Assembly: GCF_032191835.1 (NCBI RefSeq)
Contig: NC_083229.1
Span: 992,001 to 1,056,000, forward strand
Length of the DNA stretch: 64,000 bases
Source of the DNA: Heteronotia binoei
Lineage: Eukaryota
Direction of reading: 5' to 3'
Of this stretch, positions 45,401-56,279 are shown in pieces; positions within the stretch are counted from its first letter, which is position 1; each line of letters begins with the position of its first letter. Made by a program: the position numbers and the translations under genes. Below the pieces are notes generated by a model. The model did no database searches. It saw nothing but the letters and a program-made list of their open reading frames with translations, and was not told the DNA's origin.

Positions 45401-47481
45401 CTTCACTTGACCATCATGGCTAGTAACCATTGACAGACTTATCCTCCCTGAATCTCTCTCATCCCCTTTTAAAGTTCTTTATTCCAGAGACCAATTGCTG
45501 AGCAGACAGGTTAAAACGGATAAAAGGAAGTACTTCTTCACCCATAGGGTGATTAACATGTGGAATTCACTGCCACAGGAGGTGGTGGCGGCCACAAGCA
45601 TAGCCACCTTCAAGAGGGGTTTAGATAAAAATATGGAGCACAGGTCCATCAGTGGCTATTAGCCACAGTGTGTGTGTATATATAAAATTTTTTGCCACTG
45701 TGTGACACAGAGTGTTGGACTGGATGGGCCATTGGCCTGATCCAACATGGCTTCTCTTATGTTCTTGCATCCTCAGGCAACAAATTCCACAGTTTAATCC
45801 TCCGAAGTGAGCGGAAGAAAGTCCTTCGGTGGGCATGCAAGGTCAAGTCACTCTTACCCACCTGGACCGCAGTCCAACCCCCTCCCCAGCAAACTACCCA
45901 AAAGCTACACCAAAGGTGGCCAAACTGCGGCTCAGGAGTCTGACTCTTTCACACATATTGTGCAGCACTTGAAGCCCCCCCACCCCCTTTAATGCCTGGC
46001 TTGGAGAAGAAGAAGAAGATATTGGATTTATATCCCGCCCTCCACTCTGAAGAGTCTCAGAGCGGCTCACAATCTCCTTTCCCTTCCTCCCCCCCAACAG
46101 ACACCCTGTGAGGTAGATGAAGATACTGGATTTATATCCCGCCCTCCACTCCAAAGAGTCTCAAAGCGGCTCACAATCTCCTTTCCCTTCCTCCCCCCCA
46201 ACAGACACCCTGTGAGGTAGATGAAGATATTGGATTTATATCCCGCCCTCCACTCCAAAGAGTCTCAGAGCGGCTCACAATCTCCTTTACCTTCCTCCCC
46301 CACAACAGACACCCTATGAGGTAGATGAAGATATTGGATTTATATCCCGCCCTCCACTCCAAAGAGTCTCAGAGCAGCTCACAATCTCCTTTCCCTTCCT
46401 CCCCCGCAACAGACACCCTGTGAGGTAGATGAAGATATTGGATTTATATCCCGCCCTCCACTCCAAAGAGTCTCAGAGCGGCTCACAATCTCCTTTACCT
46501 TCCTCCCCCACAACAGACACCCTGTGAGGTGGGTGAGGCTGGAGAGGGCTCTCACAGCAGCTGCCCTTTCAAGGACAACCTCTGCCAGAGCTATGGCTGA
46601 CCCAAGGCCATTCCAGCAGCTGCAAGTGGAGTAGTGGGGAATCAAACCCGGTTCTCCCAGATAAGAGAGCTCTGGCTGACCCAAGGCCATTCCAGCAGGT
46701 GCATGTGGAGGAGTGGGGAATCAAACCCGGTTCTCCCAGATAAGAGTCTACACACTTAACCACTACATCAAACTGGCTCTCTTTACCTTCTCTCCCCCCC
46801 ACAGCTTACAATCTCCTTTACCTTCCTCCCCCACAACAGACACCCTGTGAGGTAGGTGGGGCTGAGAGAGCTCTCCTAGAAGCTGCCCTTTCAAGAACAG
46901 CTCTGCCAGAGTTATGGCTGACCCAAGGCCGTTCCAGCAGCTGCAAGTGGAGGAGTGGGGAATCAAACCCGGTTCTCCCAATTAAAAGTTTTCGAACCTA
47001 AAAAGAAGACTGTACATTTATACCCCACCCTTCTCTCTGAATCAGAGACTCAGAGCGGCTCACAAGACACCCTGTGAGGCGGGTGGGGCTGAGAGAGCTC
47101 TGACAGAAGCTGCCCTTTCAAGGACAGCTCTGCCAGAGTTATGGCTGACCCAAGGCCATCCCAGCAGGTGCAAGCGGAGGAGCGGGGGATCGAACCCGGT
47201 TCTCTCGGGCAGGAGGGCCGGAGAAGGCACGGCGGCTGCTGGCAGAAGAAGCGCTGCCTCCTCACCGGCTCTGGGCCCGAGTCCTGGCCGCCCCTCAGGC
47301 CGAGGCGGAAGCGGTCGTGGCCGGGCGCGGCGCTGAGCTGGAGGAGGAGGAGGCGCCGCCCGGTGCGGCCCAGGAGCGGCAGCGGGGAGGGCCGAGGCAC
47401 CCAGGCCCGCGCCGACGCCAGCAGCTGCTGCGGCTGCCCCGCCGAGGAGGACGAGGAGGAGCCCCCCGCCGCAGCCGCCAT
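27479..47481 (-). CDS. SHARPIN: SHARPIN orthologue with C-terminal HOIL-1L/RBCK1-like RBR E3 module (PH-LTM-UBL-NZF-RING1-IBR-RING2), 14 exons, ~679 aa
   Basis: Minus-strand exons 47481-47266, 44674-44500, 43651-43586, 42977-42836, 42722-42632, 42441-42174, 42070-41940, 41799-41626, 33752-33592, 32711-32600, 32395-32216, 31354-31256, 30579-30436, 27559-27479. All GT-AG, phases compatible, 2040 nt. PH-like N-terminus, LTM ([15 protein letters not shown]), UBL ([12 protein letters not shown]), NZF ([20 protein letters not shown]), RING1 (CRIC..CLHSFCRDC), IBR, RING2 ([14 protein letters not shown]), end NCLNCH*. Occupies the SHARPIN position between CYC1 and MAF1. Confidence 0.92.
28010..28385 (-). 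repeat. Squam3-like SINE with the 79-bp head/B-box segment repeated 5 times
   Basis: aaacccggttctccc-like motif at 28019, 28098, 28177, 28256 and 28335. Confidence 0.88.
32755..33480 (-). mobile_element. Cluster of CR1 3' tails (four partial copies) in SHARPIN intron 9
   Basis: Repeated cataagaacataagagaagccatgttggatcaggcc..cactgccccaga. Confidence 0.85.
33965..35350 (+). mobile_element. CR1 3' fragment followed by ~13 tandem copies of its 67-bp terminus (34470-35350)
   Basis: ORF 34004-34312 [29 protein letters not shown]; same array unit as 5056-6580. Confidence 0.92.
36660..37135 (+). mobile_element. CR1 3' fragment (family of the CYC1 array)
   Basis: Degenerate [24 protein letters not shown] end and ggggttggactagatga tail. 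Confidence 0.82.
39660..39755 (-). CDS. Candidate alternative terminal exon for a short SHARPIN-type isoform ([31 protein letters not shown])
   Basis: On -, a ~29-nt pure pyrimidine tract (39790-39762) preceded by GTGAC and followed by GCGGCAG|GAA. Phase 0, like the NZF exon donor. Stop at 39662-39660, then a repeat-free 1.1-kb stretch ending in TGTA motifs and ATTAAA (38518-38513). Confidence 0.5.
   Translation of the reverse strand, partial: EKGRREDSSALPCAGGPGSLDDFIHLSSEFS
40365..40456 (+). pseudogene. Degenerate U6 snRNA copy
   Basis: tgctcgttttggcagcacata..gagaagattagcctggcccctgcgcaaggatgacac matches U6 with substitutions and an internal deletion. No obvious PSE/TATA. Confidence 0.85.
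40500..41010 (-). mobile_element. CR1 3' fragment with duplicated tail
   Basis: Minus ORF 40792-41010 [18 protein letters not shown]..; two tail copies. Confidence 0.85.
44690..45360 (-). repeat. Tandem array (5 x ~134 bp) of a third CR1-type 3' terminus
   Basis: aagagccctgctgg at 44701, 44832, 44966, 45100 and 45234. Confidence 0.88.
45480..45770 (+). mobile_element. CR1 3' fragment
   Basis: ..[17 protein letters not shown] and ttctcttatgttctt tail. Confidence 0.82.
46004..47205 (-). repeat. Cluster of Squam3-like SINEs including 5 tandem 104-bp tail units
   Basis: gaagatattgg-like motif at 46015, 46119, 46223, 46327 and 46431; further partial SINEs to 47205. Confidence 0.88.
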
Positions 47482-47650
47482 CTCCCCGCCGCCGCCCGGA
47501 TGCGGAAGCGGCAGGCCCGCTTCCGCTGGCCGCGACAGGAAGTCCCGCCCCCTCCTGCCAGGCAGCGAATGGCGCCGCCCTGGTGGCGGAGGTTGGAACT
47601 CCACCGCGCTGCTGGTCCTCGGACTCCGCCCCTGGGAGGGACCCAGCTGG
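47200..47650 (-). promoter_or_regulatory. SHARPIN CpG-island promoter
   Basis: CpG-rich. YY1-type GATGGCGGC at the ATG, ETS cores (cggaag ~47503, ggaagt ~47538), GC box cccgcccc. Confidence 0.7.
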
Positions 47651-47783
47651 GCTCTGGGGGACAGTGGCTCTGCAGAGGTTTTTGCTTACAACTCCCATCA
47701 GCCCCCGCCAGCATGGCCAGTGGCTGGGGCTGAGGGGAGTTGTAGGCAAAAAACACCTGGAGAGCCACTGTCCCCCACCCCTG
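47650..47783. mobile_element. Palindromic MITE related to 2372-2504
   Basis: Shared core tacaactcccatcagccc..gccagcatggcca..ggggctga.gggagttgtaggcaaaa with inverted arms. Confidence 0.75.
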
Positions 47784-48029
47784 ACTGGAGCAGCACAACA
47801 AAGCTGAGTAAAGGAGCGCCTGTGATTGAAGAGTCAAGGTGCAATCAGTAATTATTGATTGAATAAAACTTAGCTGGTCTTAAAGGTGGACTTGTCCACT
47901 GCTTTGTTCCGTTGCTTCAGACCACCGCGGCTGCCTACTGGGACCTATTCATGATTGTTGTTACCCGCCCAGAGCCTATTTGGGAATGGGCAGGCTATAA
48001 ATTGAAATAAATAAAGAAACAAAGATTTA

Positions 48030-50270
48030 AATGCTGTCTTGAATTACATGGGATTTGGCCCAAATTTTCTAAATTCCATTTTGGCTATCTACAAAAACCC
48101 TAAAGCACAATTAACTATCTACAATCACAGATCGGACAAAATTTATTTATCAAGAGGCACACGACAAGGTTGTCCGCTTTCTCCAATTTTGTTCGCCATC
48201 TCGTTGGAACCTTTGGCCCATTCAATACGGTCGGATCCTGATATTGAAGGTATTATGGTGAGAGGTATCTCCCACAAAATCAGCCTTTTTGCTGACGACA
48301 CTGTTGTTTATTTGAGCAACCCTCTACATTCGTTAACCAAATTAATGCAGACTTTAACATCATTTAAGGAGTTCTCAGGCTTTACCATCAACATGTCTAA
48401 ATCGGAGATTTTCCCGATTCACCTTCCTCTAGATGTCCACCAACGTTTAGAATTTTCTTTTCCTTTTAAATGGGTTACCAAATCATGGCGACATCTGGGC
48501 ATTTACATACCTTTGGACCAAGCTAAACTATTCGAAGCAAATTATAAACAACTTTTTACAAACACCAAAACCAACTTGAATAAATGGACTAAGCTTCAGC
48601 TTAATTTGGTTGAGAAAATTGACTTATTAAAATCTTTTGTTCTACCAAAGTTTCTTTTTTTATTCCAAAATCTTCCTATTCCTATAAAAAGCAACGATAT
48701 GAAATCTTGGCAAAAATGTTTCTCCCTTTTTATATGGAATAATAAGAAAACAAGGATATCATATCAGGTCCTGTCTAAACCTACAGCTAAGGGTGGTTTG
48801 GCTGCACCAATCTTGAACCGCTACTACATGGCAGCCCAGCTTCGTAATGTTTTACTTTATGCCAGAAAAGAATGCCAGCTGCCATGGATTCAAATTGAAA
48901 CTGCAAGTGTGCATCCTATACGTCTTAATGAATTCCTTTGGAATACTAGAGCTGAACGAAGTAAAATAGTGTTAAGCAACCCTTTTCTGAGATGCACCTT
49001 GGAGATTTGGGATAAATTTAGAAATCTCACAGTCCAGCCCTCCACTCCAGTAATGGCCTTTTTGGGTCAGCCTTGGTTTCTTCCAGGAATGTCTAAGGGG
49101 GGATTTGAAATTTGGCGACAACACAACATCCTTAGAATTTCAAATGTCAGCTCCAAAGGCCATCTGCTTACACGTGAACAATTGGAATCCAAATATAGTC
49201 TCAAAATTCCCTGGTATGAGTATCAACTTTATGACGTGCTAAATAAAGTTGTTCCTGTTATGATACCCGAAAGCCATCTAAATGTTTTTGAAAAACTAAT
49301 TATTAAAGAAAACACAATAATGAGAGGTGTGATTTCAAAAATATACCTTTTATTGAACCAAAAAAATTGGGCGTCGGCTTCAGCACAACAAAACGCTTGG
49401 AGCAAAGACTGCTCTATTAATCTATCAGAAGACGATAGAAGAATGGTCCACGATCTGGATGTCTTCAATCTGCAAATCCCGTTGCACAAATTTTAAACTG
49501 CAACAATTCAAATTAACTTCAAGGTGGTATTTGACTCCTGTTTCCCTCAGCCATGCAAGTAAAAGCTATAATCCTCTTTGTTGGAAAGGTTGTGGGGAAA
49601 TTGGATCATTTCTTCACTGCTGGTGGTCCTGTCAGAAAATTCAAACTTTTTGGAATACCTTGATTAGCAAAATTGAGATCATTGTTAATGAAACCATTCC
49701 TCGGACTCCAGAATCCATTTTGCTTAACTACTGGCCATCTAATAAATATTCCAAGCAAAAAAAGGAACTTATTTCCCTTCTGATATTGGCAGGCAAAATC
49801 TTGCTCGCAAAGTCTTGGAAAGTGGCAAAGGTCCCTTCAATTACTCGGTGGTTTCAAAAGGTATGGGAAATGATTATACAGGACAAAATAGCTTGTCAAC
49901 TTACACTTAGTGATAACCCTAAGGCTGAATTTTTTTTTGTTGAAAAGTGGTTTAAATTTTTTGAACACATGAATGCTAATCCGTCAAAAAAGAACAAAAT
50001 GCCAAAGAAATACCTAAGTTTTGTGTTGTATTGAGGTACATTTGCCATCACTAATGACCATCCTAAGAATTTTGGCTGGGGTGCTGGGGGTAGCTGATGA
50101 TAATACAATTAACACCCCCCCTTTTTTTTTCTTCCCCTCGTGGCTTGTGTGTGTGGATGGATGAGTGTGTTTTGGATTATTGTTTTTTTGATGTTCAAAA
50201 TATTGTAATACTGTATTTCTTATATGGAAACTTTTTCTTGTTAATAAAAATAAAAAAACTTTGAGTTCAA
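48030..50270 (+). mobile_element. 5'-truncated L1-clade LINE (ORF2 RT and C-terminal zinc knuckle) with target-site duplication
   Basis: ORF 48039-49496 with RGTRQGCPLSP and FADD. Frameshifted continuation to 50034 has CWKGC..HCWWSC. 3' AATAAA/A-rich tail. 17-bp TSD aaagaaacaaagattta at 48013-48029 and 50271-50287. Confidence 0.93.
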
Positions 50271-50314
50271 AAAGAAACAAAGATTTATTCAGAATGTCAG
50301 CTTCCCTGTGCTCA

Positions 50315-50790
50315 GACAATAGGATGCCCTTTCAAGGACAACCTCTGCCAGGGCTATGGCTGACCCAAGGCCATTCCAGCAGCTGGAAGTGGAGGAGTGG
50401 GGAATCCAACCCGGTTCTCTCAGATAAGGGAGCTCTGGCTGACCCAAGGCCAAGAGAGCTCTGGCTCACCCATTTCCAGCAGGTGCAAGTGGAGGAGTGG
50501 GGAATCAAACCTGGTTCTCCCAGATAAGAGAACTATGGCTGACCCAAGGCCATTCCAGCAGCTGGAAGTGGAGGTGTGGGGAATCCAACCCGGTTCTCTC
50601 AGATAAGGGAGCTCTGGCTGACCCAAGGCCATTCCAGCAGGTGCAAGTGGAGGAGTGGGGAATCAAACCCGGTTCTCCCAGATAAGAGAGCTCTGGCTGA
50701 CCCAAGGCCATTCCAGCAGCTGCAAGTGGAGGAGTGGGGAATGAAACCCGATTCTCCCAGGTAAGAGTCTGCGTACTTAACCACAACACC
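50315..50790 (-). repeat. Squam3-like SINE with ~5 tandem 79-bp head/B-box units
   Basis: Same unit as 28010-28385. Confidence 0.85.
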
Positions 50791-50798
50791 AAACTAAT

Positions 50799-50925
50799 AG
50801 AAATAAAGTGCACAATTGTATCATCCCAAAACCATTCCCTCCACGCACATCCCCTCTTCCAGCCTGTGGAAAAATTGTCTTCCACAAAACTGGTCCCTGG
50901 TGCCAAAAAGGTTGGGGACCATTGC
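50799..50925. mobile_element. MER1-like hAT-Charlie end
   Basis: gtggaaaaattgtcttccacaaaactggtccctggtgccaaaaaggttggggacc resembles a MER1 terminus. Confidence 0.65.
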
Positions 50926-51617
50926 TTTAGGCCAACACAGCTACCCATCTGACTCCACATCTCCATGAGGGGGTGGTGTATGGGAGCCCTTTTTAGTAAG
51001 TTGCTAAGGGCTAAGGGTCACTGGGGCCTGGCTGCCCTTTGTGGGCAGGTATGTGACGTGAGGCCCTGCTGTCCAATCTCTGCAGCACTACGCAGGATGG
51101 GCCCCATGGAAGATGTGGGAGCTGAGTGGTGCAGCCGTGGGGCACCCCTCACCTTAGCGCCAGAGTTCTGGGAGGCAGACAGGCTGCTGGCGTGACCTGT
51201 TGTGTCCCTTCCTTTCAGTTGCCCTCAGGCTGCTCCTGCTCGAGTACAGCCAAGGCAGAAGAAGCCCATTCCCCCTTGTGGCAGACTCCCTGCCTGGCCC
51301 TGGGGAGGCTGCTGCACAGCGCGACTGGGCCCCACGATCCTCGCTGGCCAGCCAGGCCCCAGGGAGGCTGCCACATGGCTTGGTTCGGCCCAGCAATCCC
51401 CAAGGGCTACACCAGGTGAGCTCGGGACAGAGGTTCCCCACGCCTGTATTAGATGCTCAAATGTTGGACAGGCTCCTCCAGCTCTTCAGGCCAGCACCTG
51501 CTTAAATGGCTGCCTCCTCCTCCAGATCTCAGTTAAGAGCTCTGTCTGCTCTGACGGACTCCGCACAAGAGACCTCCTCCCCACAAAGTTTAATCACCTC
51601 TCTTTGCCCCACCCACT

Positions 51618-52430
51618 AAGAAGAAGAAGAAGATGAAGAAGATATTGGATTTATATCCCGCCCTCCACTCCGAAGAGTCTCAGAGCGGCTCACAATCTCC
51701 TTTCCCTTCCCCCACCACAATAGACACCATGTGAGGTAGATGAAGATATTGGATTTATATCCCGCCCTCCACGCCGAAGAGTCTCAGAGCGGCTCACAAT
51801 CTCCTTTCCCTTCCTCCCCCACAACAGACACCCTGTGAGGTAGATGAAGATATTGGATTTATATCCCGCCCTCCACTCCGAAGAGTCTCAGAGCAGCTCA
51901 CAATCTCCTTTACCTTCCTCCCTCACAACTGACACCCTGTGAGGTAGATGAAGATATTGGATTTATATCCCACCCTCCACTCCGAAGAGTCTCAGAGCGG
52001 CTCACAATCTCCTTTCCCTTCCTCCCCCACAACAGACACCCTGTGAGGTAGATGAAGATATTGGATTTATATCCCGCCCTCCACTCCGAAGAGTCTCAGA
52101 GCGGCTCACAATCTACTTTACCTTCCTCCCCCACAAAAGACACCCTGTGAGGTAGATGAAGATATTGGATTTATCTGCCGCCCTCCACTCCGAAGAGTCT
52201 CAGAGCGGCTCACAATCTCCTTTACCTTCCTCCCCCACAACAGACACCCTGTGAGGTGGGTGGGGCTGGAGAGGGCTCTAACAGCAGCTGCCCTTTCAAG
52301 GACAACCTCTGCCAGAGCTATGGCTGACCCAAGGCCATTCCAGCATCTACAAGTGGAGGAGTGGGGAATCAAACCCGGTTCTCCCAGATAAGAGTCCGCA
52401 CACTTAACCACTACACCAAACTGGCTCTCC
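51618..52430 (-). repeat. Squam3-like SINE with 6 tandem 104-bp tail units
   Basis: gaagatattgg at 51638, 51742, 51846, 51950, 52054 and 52158; (GAA)n tail. Confidence 0.9.
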
Positions 52431-52554
52431 CTAGCCAGTCTAACCCGGTCAGAGAAGCTTTCCAGAAGTCTCCAGAATGTTCCTTCCGGAAGTCTTAGTA
52501 TTTCATTCCTCCAAGTCGCTGACCGCTCATACCCTGCCACAAATTGTGTTCGTC

Positions 52555-52700
52555 TTCAAGACGTTCAGAGGTGGCTTGCCGTTGCCTGCCTCTGCCACAC
52601 AACCCCCGAGGCTTTTTTAGTGGTCTCCCGCCCAAGTACTCATCATGGCCACTTCTGCTGAGCTGAGCTGCTGAGCTGGGCTGACTCCCAGGTCAGGGGA
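52555..52700 (-). mobile_element. Degenerate 5S-derived SINE-like fragment (another at ~60375-60480, +)
   Basis: Reverse reads agtacttgggcgggagacc..gcagaggcaggcaacggcaagccacctctgaacgtc, i.e. a 5S C-box-like segment plus an RTE-type tail. Confidence 0.45.
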
Positions 52701-53479
52701 GTCTTTAAGACGCCACTAGACTTTTTCTTTGCTATGCCCAACCCACACGGTCCAGCCAGGCACCCCGTTTTGGACTCAGCACAAAGTGTGGCCTTCAACA
52801 GCCTCTTGAGCGTCCAAACAGCCCCAAAAGGGTTTTATTTCCCTGGCAATCCCACAATGGAAGCTGGGCTCCCCAAATCAAAACACCACGAAGGAGAGGC
52901 GGGGTTTTCAAGGAAGGAGACGTTCACAAGTGGTGCAGGACGGGCGGCAGCAGAAAAGAGCAGAAGCACCTTCAAGAATAACAGAATCTGTGGCAGGGGA
53001 GGAGCCAAACAAGAGAGCTATAAAGTCAGGTAAACAACAAAGCAATTAAAGAAGTGTTACGAAAGTAAAGGTCTCTGGCTGGTTCTCCAGTATGGTGCGT
53101 GCCAACGTCTTTCCTGTCCTCCACCAAGTGTTTTTAACAATGGGTGGGGCAAAATGGGGCTTCTGCCCAGTCGGCCATTGGAGATTTGATTGGCTGCACA
53201 GATGAAAATAACTGCAGGGCTGGTTTTTTTCTCTCACGCTGCCCCAGTGTATCTTTCAGTTAGTCCTCTTGCCCCCTGCACTTGGGGTTTTTTGGGGTGT
53301 GGGTGGCTCCACCTCCCTCAGAAGCCATTTTGTGGTTGGGTGTGTCCACCACCTTGTGCCAGAATTCCAAAGGTGCCCACAGGCTCCAAAACATTGGGGA
53401 CCCCTGGATGAGGGTATGATACATGATAAGAATGCTCCATTAGGTTTTCTGAAAAGGGGTTCTATAGGACAAAGTTTGA

Positions 53480-54130
53480 ACATAAGAGAAGCCCTGTTGG
53501 ATCAGGCCAATGACCCATCCAGTCCAACACTCTGGGTCACACAGTGGCCAAAAAAACCACGTGCCATCAGGAGGTTCACAAGTGGGGCTAGAATCATAGA
53601 GTTGGAAGGTACCTCTAGGGTCATCTAGTCCAACCCCCTGCACAATGCAGGAAACTCACAAACACCTCCCTCTAAATTCACAGGATCTTCATTGCTGTCA
53701 GAAGCCCTTCCACATTGTCCCCTCCCAAGCACCAAGAATACAGAGCATCACTGCCCCAGACAGTTCCAATAAAATGCTGCGGCTAATAACCACTGATGGA
53801 CCTCTGCTCCATATTTTTATCCAATCCCCTCTTGAAGCTGGCTATGCTTGTAGCCGCCACCACCTCCTGTGGCAGTGAATTCCACATGTTAATCACCCTT
53901 TGGGTGAAGAAGGACTTCCTTTGATCCGTTCTAACCTGACTGCTCAGCAATTTCATTGAATGCCCACGAGTTCTTGTATTGTGAGAAAGGGAGAAAAGGA
54001 CTTCTTTCTCTACTTTCTCCATCCCATGCAGAATCTTGTAAACCTCTATCATGTCACCCTGCAGTCGACGTTTCTCCAAGCTAAAGAGCCCCAGGCGTTT
54101 TAACCTTTCTTCATAGGGAAAGCGTTTGAG
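53480..54130 (-). mobile_element. CR1 3' fragments (nested)
   Basis: Minus ORF 53783-54133 [25 protein letters not shown]. Confidence 0.88.
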
Positions 54131-54880
54131 CATAGCGTGTATGCACAGGAGAGCTTATGCCCAGAATTAAACTCTGTTGCTACTGGAGGTGCCTGACTGG
54201 ACTCAACTATCGTTCTGCAGGGTCACTTGGAACTGGGATGAGGGAGAAGAACAAAGCTGGAGTCCAGCAGCACTTTTAAGACCAACAAAGTTTTATTGAG
54301 AATGTCAGCTTTTGTGTGCATGCACATTTCAGCAGACAATGGAATGGGGTCCAGTGAGCAGAGCTACATATAGCTGGTGGGCAGTGGTTAAGCATGCAAA
54401 ATAGTACAAAGTTAGAATCCAACGGCAAAATAATGAAATCAAATTTAAAGAATAACAAGTTTGGTTTGGATAGTATTAGTTTCACTGGAATACAGCAAAG
54501 GAAATAAACATGTTAGAATTGGAGAATGGTGGTGAGAATCTACCATCACAAGGCAGTAAATGTGGAGTTTGTCAATTGCTCTGTTTCTCCTCAAGCATGG
54601 GCTAAACTGAGAACATCTTTTTCTCAGAGGTGTTTCTGTCCACCTAATTTACTTTTTAACATCAGGCATAGCATTATAAATATAATTCTAGTTTGCTAAT
54701 TAAAAATACATTAGAATACAGTGGAAGATGGGTTTAGCATATGTAATGAGACAAACAACCAATATCCCTTATTCCAGTTTGTCAATACAAAAAGGCCTTA
54801 TTCTGATACACCATTCTAAAAGAGAAATGCATAGGAATACAGTGGATGTATAGCTCTACTTGGTGAATATGGGTTTAGCA

Positions 54881-55206
54881 CAGGGATGGCCAAACTGTGG
54901 CTCGGGAGCCGCATCATGCGGCTCTTTCACACATACTGTGTGGCTCTCAAGGTTCCCACCCCTTTGCTGGCTGGCTGGAAAAAGGCATTTCTCTCTTTAA
55001 ATCACTTCTCCGAGCTGAACCAACCGGCTGCTTGAGGAACGCATTTGAAGTCAAAAGTTTTCTTTCCACCTCCCCCTCTATTTGCTTCCTTTCCACCTTT
55101 TTTCCCTTCCTTCCCTCAAACATCTGACGTTCGTGTCTTGCGGCTCTCAAACATCTGATGTTTATTCTAGGTGGCTCTTATGTTAAGCAAGTCAGGTACA
55201 CCCCTG
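54881..55206. mobile_element. hAT MITE (family of 23229-23454)
   Basis: cagggatggccaaact..acccctg; TSD gtttagca / gttgagca. Confidence 0.8.
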
Positions 55207-55384
55207 GTTGAGCATATGCAATAAGAAATCAATATTCCTGTTCAGTCCCAGGGAGGTGTTTGTTCCAAGTTTCATAATAATTTGTAATTCAGCAATTTCT
55301 CTTTCCATTCTGTTCTTGAAGTTCCTTTCAATTTCACTATTTTGCTATTGGATCCTATCTTTGTACTATTTCGCACGCTTTACT

Positions 55385-56165
55385 GCTTTTTGTTCAGTCG
55401 CACAGTTGAGTCCGACTCTTTGTGACCCCCTGGACCAAGTCACGCCAGGCCCTCTGTCTTCCACCATCCTCCGAAGTCTGCCCAAATTCTTGTTTGTTAC
55501 ATCAGTAACACTGTCCAGCCATCTCATCTTCTGCCATCCCCTTCTTCTTTTGCCTTGTCTTTCCCAGCATCAGGGTCTTCTCCAGGAAGCACTCCCTTCA
55601 CATTGGGTGGCCAAAGTCTTTGAGCTTCAGCTTCAGCATCTGACCTTCCAGGGAACAGTCTGGGTTGATTTCCCTTAGCACTGACTGATTGGATCTTCTT
55701 GCAGTCCAAGGGACTCTCAAGATTCTTCTCCAGCACCACATCTCAAAAGCATCTATTCTTCTGCGCTCAGCCTTCCTTATGGTCTAGCTCTCACAGCCAT
55801 ACATTACTACTGAGAATACCATCGCTTTAACTATACAGACTTTTGTTGGCAGGGTGATGTCTCTACTTTTTATTATACTGCCCAGGTTTGCCATAGCTGT
55901 CCTCCCAAGGAGCAAGCGTCTTTTAATTTCATGGCTACAGTCACCATCTGCAGTGATCTTGGATCCTAGAAATGTGAAGTCTGTCGCTACTTCCATGTCT
56001 TGCCCTTCTATTTGCCAAGGGGTGATGGGGCCGGATGCCATGATCTTAGTTTTTTTGATGTTGAGTTCAAGCCTGCTTTTGTGCTCTCCTCTTTCACCCT
56101 CAACAAGAGGTTCTTTAGGTCCTCCTCGCTTTCTGCCATTAGAGTGGTGTCGTCTGCATATGAGG
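55385..56165 (-). mobile_element. BovB (RTE clade) LINE 3' fragment
   Basis: Minus-strand peptides YADDTTLMAESEEDLK, KKTKIMASGPIT, HEIKRRLLLGR, TKVCIVKAMVFSVVMYGCES and the characteristic BovB 3' end (cagtcgcacagttgagtccgactctttgtgaccc). Frameshifted. Confidence 0.9.
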
Positions 56166-56279
56166 CTGTTGCTGTTTCCCAGCAATCTACCAGCTGTATG
56201 CAGCACTGCCCATTGTGCCCCGTCTCAATGTCTGACGAAGTGTGCATGCAGACAAAAGCTCAGATGCGGAATAAGACTC

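Noticed and set aside
48039-49496. Host gene of 485 aa
   Set aside because: L1 ORF2 fragment with TSD and poly(A) tail; intronless and 5'-truncated.
52740-53440. Possible unannotated exon or promoter in the SHARPIN-MAF1 spacer
   Set aside because: Only a TATA-like ctataaag and a gtaaac donor-like site; no CpG island, acceptor or recognisable ORF.
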